Notes: generated from the letters alone by a model not told the origin. A DNA stretch of 64,000 nucleotides from Leptospiraceae bacterium (GCA_040217195.1 JAVJNR010000003.1:160001-224000), one strand, 5' to 3'; positions 20,987-31,335 are shown, numbered from the stretch's first letter. Translations and numbers: made by a program.

Positions 20987-21984
20987 AAGAAGATCTATCC
21001 TTTCTGCATGAGGACCGTAGTCGCTGGCCCAGGGTATTTTCTGAATTATCCGAGCATCAACCCTATCCGGAACAACGCCTCCAAAGGCTCTGGGATCGCA
21101 TCGAAAGCGATATTGAAGAAAGTACACCGGTCAAAGCGCCCGCTACCAACTGGAGTGCATTGCAGCAACCCTATCTGGCAGCCGCCGGACTACTTGTAGC
21201 AGTAAGCGCGGCCTGGTTCTTCTGGCAGGGAAATACAGGATCCAGCACCCTGGCCATAGACTCTGCCCGGGGACTGACCATTCAAAGATCCGGAAATCTA
21301 ATCGCTGCTCCAGATTCCATCCAGAGCGGAGATAGTGCACTGTTAACCCGGGAAGGCTACCTGGACCTTTCCCTTTCTGAAAAGACTAGACTAACCTTTG
21401 AGGGATCCAGAATGGATTTTGAAGAAATATCGAGTAGCAAACGAAAGTTAAGGATTCATCTGCGAGAAGGATCTGTGACCATCTCTTCTGCGGACCCGGA
21501 CAAGGATGTAGTGGTAACAACTCCAAATGGAAGTTACCAGATCGTTGGCACTATCGCACGACTACAGAGCAGCAAAGCTACAGATCGAGTGGATGTACTG
21601 GAAGGTCAGGTGATGGCCACAGTTACCGATTCAACAGGCAAAGAAACCGTGCTGCCCGTTGTGGCCCAGAAATCCCTGCGAATAACGGAAGGAAAGACTA
21701 TAAACAGCGACATAGCCCAAGAGGCCAGAGAGGCATTGATTCAAAGAGACCGTCGCTTGAATGAATCCAGAGAGATACAATCCCCGCCCACGCCCTCGGC
21801 TACCATCAGTGGAACAGAAGAATTCCACGGTTCAAAAGTGAAGATTACTCTTTCGGACGGTCAGACTCTTGAAGGAATACTGGCCCCCCGGCTGCGGGGT
21901 ATGCCCTATACAATCCGCACCCGGGATGGCACAATGTCTCTGGATCCCAGGATGGTAGAAACGGTCAGGCATGTGGCACAATAA
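20983..21984 (+). CDS. FecR-domain anti-sigma/sensor
   Basis: Single TM, then LREGSV...VTTPNG...IVGT...VDVLEGQV; ATGA overlap with the sigma gene. Confidence 0.85.
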   Translation: MKEDLSFLHEDRSRWPRVFSELSEHQPYPEQRLQRLWDRIESDIEESTPVKAPATNWSALQQPYLAAAGLLVAVSAAWFFWQGNTGSSTLAIDSARGLTIQRSGNLIAAPDSIQSGDSALLTREGYLDLSLSEKTRLTFEGSRMDFEEISSSKRKLRIHLREGSVTISSADPDKDVVVTTPNGSYQIVGTIARLQSSKATDRVDVLEGQVMATVTDSTGKETVLPVVAQKSLRITEGKTINSDIAQEAREALIQRDRRLNESREIQSPPTPSATISGTEEFHGSKVKITLSDGQTLEGILAPRLRGMPYTIRTRDGTMSLDPRMVETVRHVAQ

Positions 21985-22744
21985 TTATCGATTCGTTTGC
22001 ATGAGGATTGTTAGATCCATACCTGGAATGGCAATTGGACTGACCATACTTGTGCAGGTTAAGCCTGCCCTGGCCGAAGAGCCCCCGGGAACGCTGGATG
22101 AGCTCCGAAATCTTCGACTGGAGCTATCCAGAACCGAGATGGAAAAGAAAGTCCTGGAGATGAAAAAGGAAATTCTTGAACTGGAACAGGAAGCCAGCAT
22201 TTCCCAGGCAGAACTGGAAAATGAACTTTCAAGGATTCGCAAGATGGATCTGAGGTCAGAAGAGGCGGCCCGACGCAAAGCAGAGGCCAGCTTATCTGCT
22301 TACCAGAAGAACCTTATATTGCCGGGATGGGGTCATTATTCCCGGGGCAATAAAAACAAGGCCTATCTTTACGGAGGGCTCTTTCTCACCAGTCTCACAT
22401 ACACTGCCTATTCGATTCATCGCACGGAGGGTCTGGGCCAGAGAGTTAGCGAATTTGATGCTCTGGATCCGCTGTCCATCAAGTCCAGGAATCGTTTTGA
22501 AAACTCCAGACAGGAAAGTGCAGTCTTGATCGGAATTACTGTATTAATCTACGGGTTGGTGCTCACAGATCCCCTGGAGTGGTCTGGATTTGCAGATCCC
22601 TGGACTAACGAATCCATGAAATCGGATACCACAGGATCCGCGCCTTCGATTTTGCAATCACAGAGTCTTAAAGCAGGGTTCAGGAATGTAATCGGTCTAC
22701 AGGAAGATTACCAAACCTTGTTTTACTATTCTTTCTATCTCTAG
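21971..22744 (+). CDS. hypothetical protein (coiled coil plus DUF5683-like LILPGWGH motif)
   Basis: Signal-like N-terminus, coiled coil, LILPGWGHY motif; aromatic C-terminus. Confidence 0.65.
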   Translation: MWHNNYRFVCMRIVRSIPGMAIGLTILVQVKPALAEEPPGTLDELRNLRLELSRTEMEKKVLEMKKEILELEQEASISQAELENELSRIRKMDLRSEEAARRKAEASLSAYQKNLILPGWGHYSRGNKNKAYLYGGLFLTSLTYTAYSIHRTEGLGQRVSEFDALDPLSIKSRNRFENSRQESAVLIGITVLIYGLVLTDPLEWSGFADPWTNESMKSDTTGSAPSILQSQSLKAGFRNVIGLQEDYQTLFYYSFYL

Positions 22745-22896
22745 TTGCGAAGATTGCAAAAAAAAAACTAACGGCCCGGCTTCCGCAGAAGGATTGGAAT
22801 CCACGACTCGCTTCCTTAACCGGGATTCCAATAGAGGAAATAGTCTCTTATCTGAGTCGCGGTTTAGGGTGTATCATCCTACAAAGAATTCGATGT

Positions 22897-24186
22897 CTAC
22901 TGAATGGAACCCAGTAACCTAGAATCCAGATCGTCCACATTCAAGTCCTGCTGAGCACCTGTTTTCAGATTCTTGATTCTTAACTGTCCCTTTTCCAGTT
23001 CTTCTGGACCCATAACCCCTGCATGGCTATGACCTTTTTTCTCGGCCAGGTCAAATTGTTTACCTAGCTTTCGCTTTCCATCCAGAGCCAGCTCTACCTG
23101 AACACCTGCATCTCTGAGCCTGGCCGCCACCTTTTCCGTATCTGCGGTCAGCTCTTCAGAAAACAGAGTCATAAACAGGCTGGATCGATTGCTCAGGTCG
23201 GGCTTCAATTTATGAACTTCCAGAAAATCCTGCAAAGTCACATCACCCATACCAAATCCAACGGCAGGAATGGACTCTTTTCCGAATTGAGAAAGAAGCT
23301 TATCGTATCTTCCTCCGCCAAACAGTGCTCTTGCATTATCCGGATGAGTATCATTCATTTCGAAAACAAGTCCGGTATAGTAATCGAAGCCGCGAACAAT
23401 ACCTGGATCAAACCGAAAGGACTCCGGAGAAACGTATTCAGAAAGCCGATCCTGAATCTTTTTTAGATGCTGTAAGATTGGATTGTCTTTCGCAGAATCC
23501 AGGGAAAGCTCGTAGAACTCCTCTACTCTATTTACAAGATCCTTTTTTTGCCACTGACCTCCCAGGTCATCGACGGTCTTGCGGAAGTCTTCCAGGTTTA
23601 GCTTATCTTTCTTATCCAGGATTCTGCCCAGGGCTCTCAGTTGATCTCCATTTAGCTCCGGAAAACTGTGATCCAGCAAACGCCGATCACTGAAACGCAG
23701 TACATAGTCAGAGGCTACGGCGCCGTAGGATTTCATTACATCTGCTGCAAGAGCCAGCACTTCCACCTCTGCAGCAATGCTTTCAGAACCAAGAAGATCC
23801 ACGTTTAGCTGATAGAACTCCCTGAGCCGTCCTCGACCCGGCCGTTCATATCGCATGAAATTGGCAATAGAGAACCATCGCAATGGTAATAGATAATTCT
23901 GGGGGCGACTACTGACCATACGGGCCAGGGTAGGCGTCATTTCCGGACGAATGGCTACCTTTCTCTCCCCTCGATCAGTGAAAATATAGAGCTGTTCACT
24001 TACAATTTCTTCCGAGGACTTTCGCAAATAGAGGTCCAGATATTCCAGGACCGGTGCACCGTATTCTCGATATCCGTATAATTCACAGACCTGTCTTTGT
24101 TTTTCTGCCATCCAGTTGCGAAATTCCATATCGTCCGGATAGAAATCTCTAGTTCCTGGATAGGGCTTGAGCCCTTGATTTGCCAT
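22897..24186 (-). CDS. hisS: histidine--tRNA ligase
   Basis: GTRDF, RPEMT, RYERPGRGRLREFYQ, RGFDYYTG, GGGRYD. Confidence 0.97.
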   Translation of the reverse strand: MANQGLKPYPGTRDFYPDDMEFRNWMAEKQRQVCELYGYREYGAPVLEYLDLYLRKSSEEIVSEQLYIFTDRGERKVAIRPEMTPTLARMVSSRPQNYLLPLRWFSIANFMRYERPGRGRLREFYQLNVDLLGSESIAAEVEVLALAADVMKSYGAVASDYVLRFSDRRLLDHSFPELNGDQLRALGRILDKKDKLNLEDFRKTVDDLGGQWQKKDLVNRVEEFYELSLDSAKDNPILQHLKKIQDRLSEYVSPESFRFDPGIVRGFDYYTGLVFEMNDTHPDNARALFGGGRYDKLLSQFGKESIPAVGFGMGDVTLQDFLEVHKLKPDLSNRSSLFMTLFSEELTADTEKVAARLRDAGVQVELALDGKRKLGKQFDLAEKKGHSHAGVMGPEELEKGQLRIKNLKTGAQQDLNVDDLDSRLLGSIQ

Positions 24187-24294
24187 GGATGCCTCTTGTT
24201 CTGGAAACTTTGAAATTCAGAATGCGGCAGTCCATGAAGCCCGAAGCTCGCCGACCATAATAGAAATGAATCAGTTTATGGTCGGTTCGAAGGC

Positions 24295-25389
24295 TCAGCC
24301 TGCCAGGGATTGAAGCAGAGATTTCAGACGGTCCTTGCTTCCTTTACGAAAGTCCGTATGTCCCAATCCCTGAAAATCCAGTCCTGCCAGCACCTTTTCA
24401 GCATCATCGCCAGTGGCGGCGGGCAGTTCTTCCATGTGGCGAATTGCACCATGTAGCCTGAGAGGGGCCTGCATTTTGAAAATCAAATCAAACGTGATCC
24501 ATTTCCTCAGAGGTGCATATTTTTTCAAGTCCTCATTTGTGAGCATTATTGCAATGCCGCCTTCAGAAATGTTAATTACTTTTTGCTTATCTTTGATTAG
24601 AAATGTATTGGCATCGATAATACGCTTCACCATTTCATCCGCCGCAGCGGCCAGGTCCTGTTGTCCCACAGGATCCAGATCCCCCTGAACTACCATATAT
24701 GCCAGGTTGGCCTGTCCACCGGCCTCGGACTCATAGACCACGGGCTGCGCAAAACCAGGACCCATCTGGGTAACAACTTCTGCTCCTTCATGACCTTCGA
24801 ACTGCTTTAAATAATCAGGGAACTTTGCATCATAGGGGGCATGGATCTTAAGACCCGAAAATCGACTACCCAGTCTCTTTTCGAATTCTGTAAAGATCAC
24901 CTGATTTGTAATCTGCAGTTTGGTGTTGTTGGGAGCTATCTCATTCTTACTAACGCGAAAGTTGGTAACAATTACAGTTCCATCACCCACTGGTATTCGA
25001 GGGAAGGCACGCATGGCTTTTCCGATTCGAACTTCCACCGGTCGGGCCTTTAAATGACCGGCCTCAACGATTTCATCAACTTGAAAATCCAGCTCAATCT
25101 GACGATTCAAGGTCAGAAACAATGTAAAGTTCCCCTCAATAGGAATGTTGGGCGCATAATGAAAGGTGACCACTCCATTCTCGGAGGGTTCACGACTGAA
25201 CTCCGCAGGCGGAACGGAATGCTTCAAAAACAGTGCCCGTCCCTCCAGTTTATTATCGATTAGATAGGTTAGCTTGGTGGGATCGCGAAGCACTTCCCAA
25301 TCTCTCTTACCATTTACTATTACTCTCATAGCTCCCATACCCGGTACTACAATATTGCCTTCCGGGGGGCTGATGTTTTCTGTGTTCAT
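24295..25389 (-). CDS. DUF1577/PilZ-domain putative c-di-GMP effector
   Basis: RAFPR (RxxxR) and NISEGG (D/NxSxxG) motifs separated by an insert; FDLIFKMQAP. Confidence 0.7.
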   Translation of the reverse strand: MNTENISPPEGNIVVPGMGAMRVIVNGKRDWEVLRDPTKLTYLIDNKLEGRALFLKHSVPPAEFSREPSENGVVTFHYAPNIPIEGNFTLFLTLNRQIELDFQVDEIVEAGHLKARPVEVRIGKAMRAFPRIPVGDGTVIVTNFRVSKNEIAPNNTKLQITNQVIFTEFEKRLGSRFSGLKIHAPYDAKFPDYLKQFEGHEGAEVVTQMGPGFAQPVVYESEAGGQANLAYMVVQGDLDPVGQQDLAAAADEMVKRIIDANTFLIKDKQKVINISEGGIAIMLTNEDLKKYAPLRKWITFDLIFKMQAPLRLHGAIRHMEELPAATGDDAEKVLAGLDFQGLGHTDFRKGSKDRLKSLLQSLAG

Positions 25390-25405
25390 AGAAGCTCCCG
25401 GACAT

Positions 25406-27535
25406 TTACTCCCTTGATCTTCGGAACTCAACCCTGCGATTTATAGCTCCGGTCACAGCATCCTGTGCTGGTACTATTGGACGTAAATAACTGTATCCTT
25501 TTATGAACAATCTATTGGCCGGAATTCCCATATCCATAAGTGCATTCTTTACGGCACGAGCTCTTTCTCTGGAAAGCATAAGGTTGTACTCATATGCACG
25601 ATCCTCTGGACCGCGATAGGTACGATCTGCATGGCCCTGTACCTCGATACGCATTTCGGGATTGCGTTTCATTACCTCAGCAATATTTCGGATTTTCTTT
25701 AATTCAGAAGGCCGGATGCTGGAATCATTAAGAGCAAACAGTACCCGAACGTTATCTACACAGGCGGGCTGAAAGTCATCACAGGGATCACTGCCATCTG
25801 ATTTAAGCTCTATACGGATCTTTTCCAATCCATTCTCTTCAAAGCGCACCCTCTTCATGGTGTATCCCGGGGAACGAGCTTCCAGCTCAAAGTTCTCCCC
25901 GGGCTGAACGGAAATGCTAAACTCACCCTTCTGATCTACTTCGGGTACCTGAGCCACATCGTTACCCACAAACTTTCTTATGGTGGATGCAGGCAATGGC
26001 AGACCGGTCTGTGCATCAACCACGATGCCCGGAACAATGCGGCCTTCCTTCTGGTTATCCGGACCATCCGGTCGAACTGGCTCAAGGAAGATGATTCTTT
26101 CATCGGTACGACCGGCAGGGATGGCCCCCCGGTAATCCAGAGTGATCTCTGCCGGTTCATATCCGGGAGCACTTACCTCCGCTCGATAGATTCTGCCCGA
26201 ATAGAGTTCCACTTCAAACTGATTGCTAATAGTGATTCCATCTGTCTTTACGGTTTTACGAGAGCTCAATACGATGGTTTGCTCTTCGAACCGTATTTTG
26301 ATTGTTGCATCCAGGCCCAGAGGAAGCTTGCTGGAAGCATCCATGATTTTCCCGGTGAGCAGTATCTTAACTGAATCCAGGAGACGATCTGGAGTTGCAA
26401 AGCGATAAAGATCAAATCCACCCATAGCGAGGGGATGCATTCGATCACTGGAAAAATAAAGCCATAGCCCATCTCTGGTTAAGACAAGAGCCTCATCGTC
26501 TCTTTCGCTGTTGATTGGTCGGCCAAGGTTTTCCGGCTTTTGCCAATCATATCCACTGAAACGGCTGAAATATAGGTCAAAATGCCCCAGACCTCCCGGT
26601 CGATTGGAAGCGAAAATAAGTCTGGATCCGCCATAACTTACATGAGGGGTGATTTCATCAAACCTGGTATTTATGTCCGGTCCTAGATTGACCGGTGCAG
26701 ACCATACTCCTGTCTGTAAGTCTCTTTGCGAATAGTAGATGTCATTTCCGCCGTATCCGCCCGGACGGTCGGAAACAAAGTACATCCGGCTTCCGTCCTG
26801 AGTCACATAGGCCATGCGATCGTAAAAATCGCTATTGATTTCGTTTATATGCCTGATTTCTGACCAGCGACCATTACGAAATCGGGCATAATAGATATTG
26901 GTCCCTGCGAATCCTTCGCGGCTGAGACTTCCACTGGCATCCAATTGCCTGGATGATGTGAAATATAGCTCCACTGGTCTGCCATTTCTATAGAGAATAC
27001 ATGGATGCCCATCGAACCCATCGCTGCCCGGAACGAAGAAACCATCGGTATCAGCAAACAGGATTTTCATCGTATCACTGGGATCTAGTCCCTGATACGG
27101 AAACCGTAGCTCCAGAGGTACGGAATACTCAGCAGGTCCTGCTCGATCGGCAAAGTTTCGATTGAAGCTATACCAGAGACCGTGGCCTTCCCTGGTGCCC
27201 GGACGCTCGGACTGGAAGATGATGTACTTTCCATCCTCTACCACGAACGGTGCATAATCTGCACCGGGAGCGTTCAATGTGTTTAGATTTTCTGGCTCAT
27301 CGTCCGGAGGCAATTCCTGGTCCGATGGTCTATCTGTTCTGGCATCTCTGGTATTGGTCCGATCCAGAGAGTCCACAGAATTCAATCCAGGACCCTGGTT
27401 TACCAGACGATCGGAGCTTGTTTCATTGCCTGGCTGTCTGGATGTCCCCGGTGGGTTTTCCGCCAGGGACGGAGTCAACAAAGTGACGACGCTCATCAAA
27501 CATAGCGTCCAGATTACGGGCCGAATCCGGAACAA
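25406..27535 (-). CDS. OmpA-family protein with PD40 (WD40-like) repeats
   Basis: Repeated FxSDRPGGxGxxDIY and NLGxxINT; C-terminal IEVQGHAD...NLMLSRERA...NRRVEF. Start uncertain (TTG 27535 gives a good signal peptide). Confidence 0.9.
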   Translation of the reverse strand: MFRIRPVIWTLCLMSVVTLLTPSLAENPPGTSRQPGNETSSDRLVNQGPGLNSVDSLDRTNTRDARTDRPSDQELPPDDEPENLNTLNAPGADYAPFVVEDGKYIIFQSERPGTREGHGLWYSFNRNFADRAGPAEYSVPLELRFPYQGLDPSDTMKILFADTDGFFVPGSDGFDGHPCILYRNGRPVELYFTSSRQLDASGSLSREGFAGTNIYYARFRNGRWSEIRHINEINSDFYDRMAYVTQDGSRMYFVSDRPGGYGGNDIYYSQRDLQTGVWSAPVNLGPDINTRFDEITPHVSYGGSRLIFASNRPGGLGHFDLYFSRFSGYDWQKPENLGRPINSERDDEALVLTRDGLWLYFSSDRMHPLAMGGFDLYRFATPDRLLDSVKILLTGKIMDASSKLPLGLDATIKIRFEEQTIVLSSRKTVKTDGITISNQFEVELYSGRIYRAEVSAPGYEPAEITLDYRGAIPAGRTDERIIFLEPVRPDGPDNQKEGRIVPGIVVDAQTGLPLPASTIRKFVGNDVAQVPEVDQKGEFSISVQPGENFELEARSPGYTMKRVRFEENGLEKIRIELKSDGSDPCDDFQPACVDNVRVLFALNDSSIRPSELKKIRNIAEVMKRNPEMRIEVQGHADRTYRGPEDRAYEYNLMLSRERARAVKNALMDMGIPANRLFIKGYSYLRPIVPAQDAVTGAINRRVEFRRSRE

Positions 27536-28574
27536 AGCCGTATACGTTCTGCCAGGAAGACCTGGTTTCCATACAAAGATAGTGGAATAATCGCGGATCA
27601 CGCGATACGATTTTTTCCCGGACGGACCCATACATTTTCTGCCTTATCGTCTTAAAGTAACGGTACTTACCGTCCGGTCCTTGAATCATTTCTTCCTTAG
27701 TAAGATTATCTTCTGCAAACCTGGATTGCATGACTTCTTTTTGTCCGGGAGAATACCTAAAACTTCCAATGGAAATCCAGGCTATTCGATCGGTATTCAC
27801 TGTGTCACAGATCCTATCGATCAATTCATGATATTCCGCTTCCCAGTTTTCATAATAAATGAGCGGATCCAGATGAAAAGCTAACTTGTAACCAGCTTCC
27901 TGAACCTTTACGGCAGCTTCCAATCTCTCATCCAGACTGGCTGTATCATCCTCTACCGAATTGATAATGGAGGGCGGATTCACAGACCAGGCCATCACCG
28001 TATGTCCATTATGGCGAGCATCAAGCAAAGAATCTACGTTACATGATTTGGTTTTCAATTCCAGCGTTGCATTATCAATATCTGCAAAGTGTTCCACCAG
28101 GATTCTGGACAGCCCTGTTATGGGCTCCAGGGCCAGAGAATCGGTATATTCACCGGTTCCGATTCGAAAATGGAATTTCTTGCCTTTGATTTTTCGATCC
28201 ACTTCAGCAAACATATCCTCCAGATTTCCAAACAGAGTCATAAGAGGATGATTCATGAAGTTCTGAAGATAGCAATAATGGCAATCGTACAGACAACCAA
28301 CTCCAAAATTTATTACGAAGTACTGGCAACAAACCATTCCGTCTGAGCCTGGACAGGAAGATACGAATCGACCGGGAAATGGATAAATGAGCAGCGAATC
28401 CTTTTCCAGAATCTGCCCTTTCTTTTGATACTGATCAAGCACCTCGCGGTAATTGTCCACCACCTCAATTGTAACTGGCCTGCCCTCCAATCTCTGGCGA
28501 ATACTTTGAGCCAGCAGACTATCTTTCAGGGAATGGTCGATGTAGACGTGTCGGACGTCGTCCGGGCTGCGCAT
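27423..28574 (-). CDS. spore-photoproduct-lyase-like radical SAM protein
   Basis: GCLYDCHYC (CxxxCxxC), GTGEYTDSL, LELKTK, YLCME. Confidence 0.85.
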   Translation of the reverse strand: MRSPDDVRHVYIDHSLKDSLLAQSIRQRLEGRPVTIEVVDNYREVLDQYQKKGQILEKDSLLIYPFPGRFVSSCPGSDGMVCCQYFVINFGVGCLYDCHYCYLQNFMNHPLMTLFGNLEDMFAEVDRKIKGKKFHFRIGTGEYTDSLALEPITGLSRILVEHFADIDNATLELKTKSCNVDSLLDARHNGHTVMAWSVNPPSIINSVEDDTASLDERLEAAVKVQEAGYKLAFHLDPLIYYENWEAEYHELIDRICDTVNTDRIAWISIGSFRYSPGQKEVMQSRFAEDNLTKEEMIQGPDGKYRYFKTIRQKMYGSVREKIVSRDPRLFHYLCMETRSSWQNVYGFVPDSARNLDAMFDERRHFVDSVPGGKPTGDIQTARQ

Positions 28575-28739
28575 ACTGCAACAAAATCCATGGGCTTTGT
28601 CGGGGCAAACATTAATACCCTCAATCCATCATTCGAATCCCGATGGCTTATTCCGGGAAGGCTCTGCAGATGATCCCTGATCCAGATTTCGAATATTCAC
28701 CGCAGGATTTAAATTGCGGCCTGAGCAAGCCCGGGAGCT

Positions 28740-29207
28740 CTACTTCAGTCCAAAGGCTTCCAGAAAATGTTCCGGAAAGTTTAGCGGCCGACCTCGATTA
28801 AAATCCATGAAGATTCCCTGAAAGCTAGCGTCGCATGCCAGTTGATCATCCGAGTTTCGGAACATCTGCTGCCTTATCACTCCCCTGGATCGATTTGTGG
28901 AATCCAACCAGGTCAGAATGGTCAACGATTCCGGATGTTCCACAGGAATGCGATACCTGAGATTTGCTTCATAGATTACCGGGCCCTGGTTTTTAGCTCG
29001 CATGATGGCCACTCCCAGCCCTGCACCATCGAATGCCTGCATTCTGGCCTCATCCAGATAGCTCTGAAAGCGACCATTATTCAAATGACCGTTTGAGTCC
29101 ATATCAGACCAGAGCACAGGTAACTCACACTGAAAGACACCTGGCATTCCTGCCTTTTCCAGCCCAGCCGGAAGAGTTCTATTCGGATTTCCCTTTAGTA
29201 CTGCCAT
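28740..29207 (-). CDS. acyl-CoA thioesterase (4HBT hot-dog fold)
   Basis: WSDMDSNGHLNNGRFQSYLDEAR. Confidence 0.88.
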   Translation of the reverse strand: MAVLKGNPNRTLPAGLEKAGMPGVFQCELPVLWSDMDSNGHLNNGRFQSYLDEARMQAFDGAGLGVAIMRAKNQGPVIYEANLRYRIPVEHPESLTILTWLDSTNRSRGVIRQQMFRNSDDQLACDASFQGIFMDFNRGRPLNFPEHFLEAFGLK

Positions 29208-29314
29208 TTCATTCTCCTTACGTTTCTATTGTTCCAGGGCCCCGGATCCTGGATCCAGAACCCAATCGTATAACTAGCCAAAAATATCGCTTCTAACCGA
29301 TTCTGCAGAAACGT

Positions 29315-29670
29315 TCAGACAGACTTGTCTGTCTGACATCCCCTGTAAGGATCCTTAAATCAGACAGAATCGCCTGTCCTCCAACACTACAGGATCCGCA
29401 TAAGATCCCTGCCCCCGCCTGCTCCGAAACCAGATGCATATTCTAAGACCTGGCCAGGGTATCTAAAGAGCTATTCTGTTATCTCTTTACCTCCCCCATC
29501 TTTCGAACAGACAAGTCTGTTTGATCATTATTAGAGTCCGACAGACCAGTCTGTTGGATCGCTAATTGCCCTCAGACTGATTTCCAACCCCGGAAGCCGA
29601 AACCAGCCTGGAACGGTTCCAGAGTCGTATTTCAACCGAATCGGCCTTGACCAGACAGACTGGTCTGTTT
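29315..29670. promoter_or_regulatory. array of five ACAGAC-NN-GTCTGT operator palindromes
   Basis: 29315-29336 (perfect 10-2-10), 29363-29378 (degenerate), 29503-29524, 29537-29558, 29653-29670. Confidence 0.85.
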
Positions 29671-29675
29671 ACGAT
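29647..29675 (+). promoter_or_regulatory. sigma70-type promoter of the TetR gene with operator in the spacer
   Basis: TTGACC (29647-52), 17 bp, TACGAT (29670-75); the spacer is the fifth palindrome. Confidence 0.7.
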
Positions 29676-29698
29676 AACTCCAAAAAGGGAGACTCCTC

Positions 29699-30304
29699 AT
29701 GCCAGGCAAGAAAAAAAAACAGGCTACCGGCGAAAACAATGTGCACCGGCGTATTCTGGAACGTGCCGTGGATTTGTTCTATGTTCAGGGGGTTCATGCC
29801 ACTGGAATCAATCAAATCATTCAGGAGGCGGATGTGGCCAAAGATACACTGTACCGTCAATTTGCCTCCAAGGATGTATTGATCCAGGCAGCCCTGGAGC
29901 TCTGGGGTCGAAAGCTTGCGGTTCTCTGGGAGCGAAAACTACGTAACTGCGAAAGGCCGAAGGAACTATTTCAGAAATGGATTCGTCTGGAGAAGGAAAG
30001 CCTTCGAAAAGAAGCGAATTACAATGGATGCCCGGTAGCTACAATAATGATGGAAATGGGCCGAAGCAAAGACACGAGTATCATTCGAACCGCGCGTAAA
30101 ATTGAACAGCAGTGGATTGAATTCCTTGCATCAGAGTTCATCCGCTTTCAAAAAAGCGGTTCTCTGTCCGCCAGGCATGAGGCGAATTCTCTGGCCCGTG
30201 AGATTTTGACCATTTACCAGGGGGGCCTGGCCATGTGGAGAATCTCCAGCGATGTAAAGTATCTCGATCAACTGAATTCGATTTTTCTGAAGGCAATTCA
30301 CTAG
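29699..30304 (+). CDS. TetR/AcrR family regulator (NemR/ComR-like subgroup)
   Basis: LFYVQGVHATGINQII...VAKDTLYRQFASK; NGCP motif. Confidence 0.92.
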   Translation: MPGKKKKQATGENNVHRRILERAVDLFYVQGVHATGINQIIQEADVAKDTLYRQFASKDVLIQAALELWGRKLAVLWERKLRNCERPKELFQKWIRLEKESLRKEANYNGCPVATIMMEMGRSKDTSIIRTARKIEQQWIEFLASEFIRFQKSGSLSARHEANSLAREILTIYQGGLAMWRISSDVKYLDQLNSIFLKAIH

Positions 30305-31335
30305 GTTCTGGAGTTCAATTCTTCCGGGTATTTAGCGTTCATAGATTGCAAATCAAACTCTTTGGCCAGTAATTCGTAGGATCTTATTCGGTCCTGGAAA
30401 TCATGGGCCATCATCATGGCAATGATTTCATCCAGATCAAATTGACTGGCATACTCCATTAGACGCTGCCGGACCTGATCAGGCGTTCCCGTAACATATT
30501 TGGAGGCCTGACTCTCCAGGAAAGCCGATTCTTGCATGGTAAACTCATGTCGCCTCGCCTCCTCCAGGGAAGGCACGGATTGAAATCTTCCATAAAGAGC
30601 CATACTCACAAAGACCATTTGAATCGCTCGAGCAAGCAAAGCCGCTTTCTGCTCATTTTCTGCGCAAATCACAAACAATCCCATGGAAACCCTGGACTCA
30701 GGGAAGGAGCCGGACGGAGAGAACTCCTGGCGATACCGATGTATTGCGTCCACGTCTTTTACTTCTTGAATAAAATGAGGTAAAGAAAGTCCCAGCCCCC
30801 ACCGCGCAGCCAGAGATGCATTGGCTCCTCCGGTAAGAATCCACTGCTGCGGTATTGTATCAATCTGGGGACAGGCGATTATGGAACCCCTCTGGGTAAT
30901 GGCCGCATCCGCCAGAAATGCCTGCAACTGCTCAACCTTCTTCGGAAAGTCTTCCGCTTTAAACTCATTGGAAGGATTCAAGATCTTCGCAGTATAGGGA
31001 TCGGTACCCGCAGCCCTCCCCAGTCCCAGGTCAATGCGCCCCGGATAGAGAGCTTCCAGCAAACGAAAACATTCGGCCACTTTAAGAGGACTATGATTTG
31101 GCAGCATAATTCCGCCAGCCCCAACTCTAATTCGCTTCGTAGACTGAGCCACCCGCGAAATTAAAATTTCAGGCGTGGAACTGCCGATCACAGGCATATT
31201 ATGGTGCTCTGTGAGCCAGAATCTCTGGTAGCCCAGATCATCGGCAAGAATTGCCAGCTCTACGGTATCTGCCAGAGCCTGGGAAGCGGATTGACCGGTG
31301 CGAAGCATGGTTTGATCTGCAATACTGAGTTTCAT
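30301..31335 (-). CDS. LLM-class (luciferase-like) flavin-dependent oxidoreductase
   Basis: RFWLTEHHN, RVGAGGIMLPNHSPLKVAE, GRIDLGLGRA. Confidence 0.92.
   Translation of the reverse strand: MKLSIADQTMLRTGQSASQALADTVELAILADDLGYQRFWLTEHHNMPVIGSSTPEILISRVAQSTKRIRVGAGGIMLPNHSPLKVAECFRLLEALYPGRIDLGLGRAAGTDPYTAKILNPSNEFKAEDFPKKVEQLQAFLADAAITQRGSIIACPQIDTIPQQWILTGGANASLAARWGLGLSLPHFIQEVKDVDAIHRYRQEFSPSGSFPESRVSMGLFVICAENEQKAALLARAIQMVFVSMALYGRFQSVPSLEEARRHEFTMQESAFLESQASKYVTGTPDQVRQRLMEYASQFDLDEIIAMMMAHDFQDRIRSYELLAKEFDLQSMNAKYPEELNSRT

Noticed and set aside
22758..22767. A10 homopolymer as a phase-variation tract
   Set aside because: It lies between convergent gene ends, not in a CDS or promoter.
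29315..29670. CRISPR array or REP cluster
   Set aside because: Units are 14-22 bp palindromes with irregular spacing, one sits inside a promoter, and there are no cas genes; operators fit better.
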